DNA from: Prevotella sp.
GTDB lineage: Bacteria > Bacteroidota > Bacteroidia > Bacteroidales > Dysgonomonadaceae
Direction of reading: 5' to 3'
Length of the DNA: 17,852 bases
NCBI GenBank assembly: GCA_031285625.1
Contig: JAITVV010000068.1
Span: forward strand, 1-17,852
A program made the translations under genes and the position numbers. The stretch's first letter is position 1, and every line of letters starts with the position of its first letter. The notes below the pieces were generated by a model, which was given only the letters and a program-made list of their open reading frames with translations, did no database searches and was not told where the DNA came from. Positions 8,501 through 15,177 of the stretch are shown here, in pieces.

Positions 8501-8733
8501 TCTGGAAACATAATGTAAAGTACTTGAAATTAAGAAATTTAGAATTCGGATATACATTTCCTAAAAATCTTGTATCGAAAGTAAACATCAGTAGTCTACG
8601 TTTATATGTAGCGAGTAGCAATTTGTTTGCCCTGAGCAATGTACAAGGTATTGATCCCGAACAGCAGGACGATAATGGTTTGGGATACCCTACTATGCGC
8701 GTAATTAATATAGGTGTAAATCTTAAGTTTTAA
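5575..8733 (+). CDS. susC: SusC/RagA-family TonB-dependent transporter
   Basis: Signal peptide and N-terminal extension ([16 protein letters not shown]). [10 protein letters not shown] TonB-box region. SusC signature [29 protein letters not shown]. Motifs [15 protein letters not shown] and [14 protein letters not shown], with a C-terminal Phe. Confidence 0.98.
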   Translation: [1052 protein letters not shown]

Positions 8734-8739
8734 GAAATC

Positions 8740-10569
8740 ATGAAGAAATATATAATACTAATAGTAACACTACTGTTTATATCACTGACAGGCTGCTCTG
8801 GGTTTCTAGATGAAGAGCCGGACAAAATTTTAAGTAACGATCAGGTTTTCAGTGATCCTAAGCTTATAAAAACAACACTTGCAAATTTCTATGGACGGGT
8901 TACCTGGGGACAAAACACAGGTGGAGCAGTAAACGACTTTTCGTTTCTGGATGAAGCTGTCCGCCATAACAGGGACGAAATTAATTCTTTCGACCGTAAT
9001 TGGTGGAGAGTATATGATTATACATTGATCAGAAACATCAACCAGTTTTTGGAAGGTATTAAAGCAACTGCAGTCTTAAGCGAAGAAGAGAAGGAACCAC
9101 TGATAGCCGAAGCCCGTTTTTTACGTGCATGGTGTTATTTCTGTACAGCTCGTAGTTTGGGTGGAATGCCTATTGTAGGTGATGAAGTGTTCGATTATAC
9201 TCCCGGGATGGATATTACAACGCTACAGTTGCCTCGTTCTTCGGAAGCCGGAATATACGATTATATCATTCAGGAATGTAGTGAAATAGCCGGCACATTG
9301 CCCACAGCAACCAATGCAAACTCAGCCCGTGCCAATAAATGGACGGCTAAGATGCTTGAAGCACGCGCCGCTTTATATGCAGGTTCTTTGGCTAAATACA
9401 ATGTAACACACCCCAATCTGACTGTGGAGGGCGGCATCGTAGGTATTGACGCCAATAAAGCTTCGACATATTACCAGACAGCATTTGCTGCTGCCGACGA
9501 AGTGATAAAAAACAGCCCGTATATACTACAGGCAAGAAAAAACGATAACAAAGCACGGAATTTTTACGAAGCAGTAAGTGTAAAATCAAACAATACCGAG
9601 GTAATATGGTCACGCGATTATTTGATACCTAACAGTAAACATTACTACACAAAGGACTGTATTCCACGATCTATAGCAGGGGAAGCTACATCATGCTATC
9701 TATCGGTATTATTAAATCTGGTGGAGGAATTCGAACCCGTTGATACAGCTCTCGGTAAAGGTGAGAAGTTCAATATAGGAACTATCGAAAACCCGGTATT
9801 TTACAATACACCTAGCGAACTTTTTGAAGCTAGGGATCCCCGATTGGGAGGCACTGTCTTGTACCCGGGTTCTTTCTTCGGCGGAGCAGAGATCGTATTA
9901 CAGGCCGGACAGTTGGTTGAAGGTGAAAATGGTAGCTGGAGAAAGATTGCAGCAGCTTTTGATAATATGGGAGATAAAGACGCTAATGGCAAATTAATTA
10001 CTTCTGTTAACGGACCTATTATGTCTAACGATATAAACGTTAACAAAACAGGATTTACTATCCTTAAATTTCTTGACGAAAATCCCTCAGCTTCAACTTT
10101 CACCGGTTCCGACACATGGAGTACATACTTCCGTATAGCCGAAGCTTACCTGATTGCTGCCGAAGCGCTGGTAGAAACCAACAAAGCAAATGATGCCTTG
10201 CCATACATCAATAAAGTGCGTGAACGCGCTGGCGTGAAACCTCTAACTACTGTAACATTCGACAACATTGTTCACGAGAGACGTGTTGAGTTTGCATTTG
10301 AAGACCAACGCTATTGGGATATGAAGCGCTGGCGTATGGCAGATAAATTATGGAACAGACAGACAGAAACAGCTAAACGCAGAGGACTATATCCTTACTT
10401 GGTAGTAGCTCCCGGCAATCCTAATGACGGAAAGTGGTTCTTCGAAGAAGTGAATATGAATTTTCTATATCCAAACAATATGCACTTCGAGGATAAGAAT
10501 TACTATTCAGATATAGATCAAAATTGGATAAATAAAAATCCGAAATTGAAGAAGAATCCTTATCAATAA
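8740..10569 (+). CDS. susD: SusD/RagB-family glycan-binding lipoprotein
   Basis: Lipobox LTGC followed by FLDEEP. Motifs AEARFLRAWCYF, RIAEAYLIAAEA, INKVRERAG and ERRVEFAFEDQRYWDMKRW, ending in KKNPY. Directly follows susC. Confidence 0.98.
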   Translation: MKKYIILIVTLLFISLTGCSGFLDEEPDKILSNDQVFSDPKLIKTTLANFYGRVTWGQNTGGAVNDFSFLDEAVRHNRDEINSFDRNWWRVYDYTLIRNINQFLEGIKATAVLSEEEKEPLIAEARFLRAWCYFCTARSLGGMPIVGDEVFDYTPGMDITTLQLPRSSEAGIYDYIIQECSEIAGTLPTATNANSARANKWTAKMLEARAALYAGSLAKYNVTHPNLTVEGGIVGIDANKASTYYQTAFAAADEVIKNSPYILQARKNDNKARNFYEAVSVKSNNTEVIWSRDYLIPNSKHYYTKDCIPRSIAGEATSCYLSVLLNLVEEFEPVDTALGKGEKFNIGTIENPVFYNTPSELFEARDPRLGGTVLYPGSFFGGAEIVLQAGQLVEGENGSWRKIAAAFDNMGDKDANGKLITSVNGPIMSNDINVNKTGFTILKFLDENPSASTFTGSDTWSTYFRIAEAYLIAAEALVETNKANDALPYINKVRERAGVKPLTTVTFDNIVHERRVEFAFEDQRYWDMKRWRMADKLWNRQTETAKRRGLYPYLVVAPGNPNDGKWFFEEVNMNFLYPNNMHFEDKNYYSDIDQNWINKNPKLKKNPYQ

Positions 10570-10577
10570 TTAAAAAT

Positions 10578-11264
10578 ATGATTAAAATGAAGATATCATT
10601 TTCAATAATTTTACAGGCAGTATTGTTCCTCTTTTTGTTTACTTCTTGCGGAACAGACAATTATGATGCTCCTGAATCTCTACTGGTCGGCAAAGTCGTT
10701 TACAAAGATGAACCAATACAGGTACGCGGTACTGACGAAAGGGTACGTCTACAACTATATCAGGATGGGTACCAAAATTACACACCCATTGAAGTATTCG
10801 TAACTCAGGATGGTTCTTTCTCGGCAAAGTTGTTTGACGGAGAATACAAAATGGTAACCCGTGATAATAATGGTCCTTGGGTAAATTCACGCGATACCAC
10901 ATATATTACTGTCAGGGGAAATACTGTACAGAATATGGAGGTGATCCCTTATTTTACTATAACCAATGCCGATATGAAGTTATCAGGTAGAAAGGTCACT
11001 GCAAACTTCACAGTCAACCAAATTGTGGAGAATCGCCGCATAGAGCGTATTTTGCTACTGGTAAACAGAACTCAGTTTGTAGACGATGACATCAGGATAG
11101 ACCGCATCGATTACACTGATAGTGATGCTAAAACTGGAACTCTATCCTATTCGTTCGATATAAATGACGAAGCGAATAACAGTGCTACTCTTTTCGGTCG
11201 CATATGCGTTTGGACCGAAGGTGCTGACCAAGGTATATACTCTCCTGTATTCCTTCTGAAATAG
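10578..11264 (+). CDS. DUF3823-like lipoprotein (SusE-position accessory, probable surface glycan-binding protein)
   Basis: Lipobox FTSC followed by DNYDAPES.L.G.VVY, LQLYQDGY and DGSFSAKLFDGEYK. 228 aa, immediately after susD. Confidence 0.8.
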   Translation: MIKMKISFSIILQAVLFLFLFTSCGTDNYDAPESLLVGKVVYKDEPIQVRGTDERVRLQLYQDGYQNYTPIEVFVTQDGSFSAKLFDGEYKMVTRDNNGPWVNSRDTTYITVRGNTVQNMEVIPYFTITNADMKLSGRKVTANFTVNQIVENRRIERILLLVNRTQFVDDDIRIDRIDYTDSDAKTGTLSYSFDINDEANNSATLFGRICVWTEGADQGIYSPVFLLK

Positions 11265-11280
11265 AATCACATATGAGAAC

Positions 11281-11307
11281 GGGAAAATATCTTAATTGTA
11301 TTTTCCC
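11281..11307 (+). other. Hairpin just downstream of the DUF3823 gene
   Basis: GGGAAAATA 11281-11289 and TATTTTCCC 11299-11307 form a perfect 9-bp stem, extendable imperfectly to about 11270-11321. Confidence 0.6.
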
Positions 11308-11381
11308 AGTTTGTCTATATGAGCAAAAAGGTTCAATTTTAATGAATCGAAGACGGTAAATGTCCTTTAGTTATTAGGCTT

Positions 11382-11429
11382 GAAACCTCCCTTACGATTC
11401 TACAATAGGGGAGGTTTCTTTTGATTTTT
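11382..11429 (+). terminator. Intrinsic terminator-like hairpin inside the PUL, between the transport genes and the enzyme genes
   Basis: GAAACCTCCCTTA 11382-11394 pairs with TAGGGGAGGTTTC 11406-11418 (13 bp including one U-G pair), followed by TTTTGATTTTT. Confidence 0.75.
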
Positions 11430-11467
11430 ATATAACACCTAAATATAAACCATGAAATTTCGAGATA

Positions 11468-13687
11468 ATGAATTTTCGTTTTAGTAAAAGTATTATTTCA
11501 ACTGTTTTTCTTTCATTAATAGCTTTTTCAGGATGCAAAAATGCTGCAGTAAAAAGTAATGATACCAAGAATGAGAAAACAGTTTTTCAGACTTCCCGGG
11601 AATGGAAGCCAGTTATCGACAACAGGGCTGATGTTGCCATTGTGTATGGTGTAGGAGGAAATCCGTCCGATAAATCGAAAAGAGTACCATTTGAAGAGCG
11701 TGTCCAATCATGGCGCGACAGAGGGTATACAACCCATTTTATGACCGGAATAGCCTGGGGTGAATATCAGGAATATTTTACAGGAGAATGGGATGGTAAA
11801 ATGCATCTGGACGAAGGCCAAGTACAGCAAAATGGAGATACAATATGGCATGGACACATGGTACCTTATATTGTACCTTCTAAGAATTATCTGAAATATA
11901 TAAAAGAAAAACATGTAAAAAGAGTAATCGATGCAGGTATCGATGCCATTTACATGGAAGAACCCGAATTCTGGGCCCGTGCAGGATACAGTGAAGCCTT
12001 TAAACGCGAATGGAAAGACTATTATGGCTTTGATTGGCGTCCACAACACGAATCACCTGAAAATACATACTTGTCCAGCAAGTTGAAATATCAATTATAT
12101 TACAATGCCCTTAACGAGGTATTTACATATGCCAAAGAATATGGCAAGAGCAAAGGCATGGATGTGCGTTGCTATGTACCGACACATTCTCTTATTAATT
12201 ATTCTCAATGGATGATAATAAGCCCTGAGGCAAGCTTAGCATCCCTGCCTTGCGTTGATGGGTATATTGCACAGATATGGACAGGAACCTCACGCGAGCC
12301 TAATTATTACAATGGCCTGGCCAAAGAAAGAGTTTTTGAAACAGCATTTCTTGAATATGGTTCTATGGAATCTATGACTGCACCTACGGGGCGTAAGATG
12401 TTTTTCCTTACCGACCCTATCGAAGACTGGCCGAGGGATTGGGCAGACTATAAGAAAAATTATCAGGCCACATTCACGGCGCAGCTACTTTATCCTAAAA
12501 TTGCAGATTATGAAGTAATGCCATGGCCTGAACGTATTTATGAAGGGCTTTACAGAACAAGTGCGGATAGTGATAAAAAAGAAAAAATACCGAGATTCTA
12601 TTCCACTCAGATGCAGATAATGATAAATACATTGAATAACATGCCTGTATCTGAAAATAAAGTAACCGGATCAAATGGAATCAGTGTACTTATGGCTAAC
12701 TCGCTTATGTTTCAGCGATTTCCTGCCCATGCAGGGTACGAAGACCCGCAATTAGCAAACTTCTATGGTCAGGCTTTACCATTTCTTAAACGCGGAGTAC
12801 CTGTTAAAACTGTACACATCGAGAACCTGGGATATAAAGAGACATTAAAGGATACAAAGGTTTTACTGATGTCATATTCGAATATGAAACCGTTGTCTCC
12901 TGACGCACATACACAAATAGCTGAATGGGTAAAAGATGGTGGAGTATTGGTTTATAGTGGTCGTGATAATGATCCGTTCCAGACTATACAGGAATGGTGG
13001 AATACAAATGGTAATAAATATACTGCACCATCTAACCATTTATTTGAAAAGATGAGTATCCCGGCATCGCCAAAAGAAGGCGAATATACTTATGGAAAGG
13101 GTACTGTTTATGTATTGCGCTACGATCCTAAAGAATTTGTGCTAACAAGCAACAATGACAACAAACTCGTAGATGTAGTAAAAAACATGTATGAACAAAA
13201 AGCCAAAGCAGGCAATCTTTCTTTCAAGAATAATTTCTATCTGGAAAGAGGTATCTATGATCTGGTTGCAGTATTAGACGAAAGTGTAAATACAGATACA
13301 TATACCATTAAAGGAACTCTGGTAGACTTGTTTGATCCTAAATTACCTATATACAAGGAAAAAATAATCCAACCGGGAGAACAGGCATTCTTTGTCAATA
13401 TTGATCGTATTAAGGATAAACAGAAACCTCAGGTATTAGCTTCTGCATGCCGTGTTTATGACGAAACCAGTAATAACGGTTCTTATTCTTTCATAGCAAA
13501 AAGCCCTATAAATACCTCAAATGTAATGAGAGTACTGCTTCCGTCTGCTCCTAAATCATGTATTGTAAAAAACAGCCAGAATGCTGAATTAAGCGATGCA
13601 AAATGGGAATGGGATGATAATAGCAAAACCTGCCTGATTTCTTTCGAAAACGATCCGGATGGCATACATGTTTCATTAAAATGGTAG
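11468..13687 (+). CDS. Uncharacterised lipoprotein; putative glycoside hydrolase (predicted TIM barrel plus GH42-like class I GATase/trimerisation-type domain)
   Basis: Lipobox FSGC. GIDAIYMEEPEFW..AGYSEAFKREWKDYYG resembles the beta-4 region of clan GH-A/GHL barrels. KVLLMSY..AHTQIAEWVKDGGVLVYSG resembles the GH42 second domain. PUL context. The CDS itself is secure; the function is inferred. Confidence 0.55.
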   Translation: MNFRFSKSIISTVFLSLIAFSGCKNAAVKSNDTKNEKTVFQTSREWKPVIDNRADVAIVYGVGGNPSDKSKRVPFEERVQSWRDRGYTTHFMTGIAWGEYQEYFTGEWDGKMHLDEGQVQQNGDTIWHGHMVPYIVPSKNYLKYIKEKHVKRVIDAGIDAIYMEEPEFWARAGYSEAFKREWKDYYGFDWRPQHESPENTYLSSKLKYQLYYNALNEVFTYAKEYGKSKGMDVRCYVPTHSLINYSQWMIISPEASLASLPCVDGYIAQIWTGTSREPNYYNGLAKERVFETAFLEYGSMESMTAPTGRKMFFLTDPIEDWPRDWADYKKNYQATFTAQLLYPKIADYEVMPWPERIYEGLYRTSADSDKKEKIPRFYSTQMQIMINTLNNMPVSENKVTGSNGISVLMANSLMFQRFPAHAGYEDPQLANFYGQALPFLKRGVPVKTVHIENLGYKETLKDTKVLLMSYSNMKPLSPDAHTQIAEWVKDGGVLVYSGRDNDPFQTIQEWWNTNGNKYTAPSNHLFEKMSIPASPKEGEYTYGKGTVYVLRYDPKEFVLTSNNDNKLVDVVKNMYEQKAKAGNLSFKNNFYLERGIYDLVAVLDESVNTDTYTIKGTLVDLFDPKLPIYKEKIIQPGEQAFFVNIDRIKDKQKPQVLASACRVYDETSNNGSYSFIAKSPINTSNVMRVLLPSAPKSCIVKNSQNAELSDAKWEWDDNSKTCLISFENDPDGIHVSLKW

Positions 13688-13691
13688 AGAA

Positions 13692-14822
13692 ATGAAAAGA
13701 TATTCTTTTATTTTCATCATACCTTTCTTCTTTTCATTCTATAGTTTCATTCCCGGCTCCGGAAAGCAGACCAGGAATGGCTTTACGTCCAAAGATGCCA
13801 CAGTGGCGCTAGATGCTTTTAACAACTATTTTTACAATAGGGAGATGAAGTTGTATTCCACAACTTCCGACCAAAAAGGAAGAGCAGCCATCTGGACTCA
13901 GGCTATATATTGGGACATGATAATGAATGGTTATAAAAGAACCGGTGACAAGAAATATTATCAACAGATAGAAGATATATACCAGGGTGGATACGAACAA
14001 TATGATGCCTATAACTGGGATAATACAGTCGAATGGTTTATATATGACGACATTATGTGGTGGGTTATATCCATGGCAAGAGCCTATGAAATAACAAAAG
14101 ATCCAAAATATCTGGGGCATTCTATTCTGGGTTTCGAGCGTGTATGGAAAGGAACACCCGGGGTGAAAGATAAAGGCTCGTATGATCCTGAGAAAGGAGG
14201 AATGAAATGGGGTTGGAAAAGAGATGAATGGAGAGGTAAAATGGCTTGTATCAATTACCCGACCGTAATAGGTGCCATGACATTATACAATATTACCAAA
14301 GATCAATCTTATCTGAATAAAGCTAAAGAAATATATGCATGGTCGCGAAATATATTGTTCGATAAAAAAGAGGGGAAAGTTGCCGATCATAAAGCAGGCG
14401 ACAATCCTACCAATTGGACAACACAGCTATATAATCAGGCAACATGTATTGGAGCAGCAGTCATGTTATACAAAGAAACAGGAGATAAAGCATTCCTTGA
14501 TGATGCTATATTAGCTGCCGACTATTCTAAGGATAAAATGTCTGACGAGAATGGCATATTATTTTACAAAAACGGAATTGAACAGGGTATCTATACAGCA
14601 ATCTTTGCCCAATATATCATACGCCTGATCGAGGATTGTAATCAGCCTCAATATCTTGAATGGTTGCATACTAATATAAATACAGCATGGAAAAATCGTG
14701 ATATGAGCAGAAACCTGACTTTCAAAGATGCCAACAATCCTTGCCCTTCCGGCATACTGGAAGTTTACGATGCTAGCGGATGTGTTGCATTAATGCAGGT
14801 TGTGCCTTCAAAGATGAATTAG
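13692..14822 (+). CDS. GH76 family alpha-1,6-mannanase-like glycoside hydrolase
   Basis: Catalytic YDD motif in FIYDDIMWWVISMARAY. Also GGMKWGW, KMACINYP and YNQATCIGAAVMLY. Hydrophobic N-terminus without a lipobox Cys. Confidence 0.92.
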   Translation: MKRYSFIFIIPFFFSFYSFIPGSGKQTRNGFTSKDATVALDAFNNYFYNREMKLYSTTSDQKGRAAIWTQAIYWDMIMNGYKRTGDKKYYQQIEDIYQGGYEQYDAYNWDNTVEWFIYDDIMWWVISMARAYEITKDPKYLGHSILGFERVWKGTPGVKDKGSYDPEKGGMKWGWKRDEWRGKMACINYPTVIGAMTLYNITKDQSYLNKAKEIYAWSRNILFDKKEGKVADHKAGDNPTNWTTQLYNQATCIGAAVMLYKETGDKAFLDDAILAADYSKDKMSDENGILFYKNGIEQGIYTAIFAQYIIRLIEDCNQPQYLEWLHTNINTAWKNRDMSRNLTFKDANNPCPSGILEVYDASGCVALMQVVPSKMN

Positions 14823-15093
14823 GTAACACATTAGATATTTAATTGTCATAAAAACTAAATTTAATTATCTGTATATAAATAATTTAATGTAATTTTCAGG
14901 TAACAAAAGGTTACTATAAAAAACATATATAAAAACTGTTACTTTTGTCACCTTTTGGAGATATATCATTGAAAATAATAAGATTACGAAATTTTAAAAA
15001 GTAACTTATTCTTTGAGATTAAAAAATCCAATGAGACGAAAAGAAAAGGTAACAAACAAAATAGCGTTAGAAGTGTTACCTTTGTCACCTTTT
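14821..15093. repeat. Array of AGGTRACA / TGTYACCT motifs including a 20-bp direct repeat
   Basis: TGTTACTTTTGTCACCTTTT 14937-14956 and TGTTACCTTTGTCACCTTTT 15074-15093 match at 19 of 20 positions. Opposite-orientation AGGTAACA occurs at 14821, 14898 and 15047, with AGGTTAC at 14908. Confidence 0.8.
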
Positions 15094-15177
15094 AATTGTA
15101 TATAACTGAAAATAAACACATTGAATAAAATAAGAATTATAGTACTTAACTTAATATTAAACATAAAGAACATTTAA

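Noticed and set aside
11452-11484. 10-codon ORF MKFRDNEFSF overlapping the start of the 739-aa gene, with near-duplicated ATGAAATTTCG / ATGAATTTTCG
   Set aside because: It is too short to distinguish from chance or a small local duplication, and the annotated start already gives a good lipoprotein signal.
14821-15093. Spaced repeats considered as a CRISPR array
   Set aside because: There are only two long copies, spacing is irregular, orientations are mixed and no cas genes are present.
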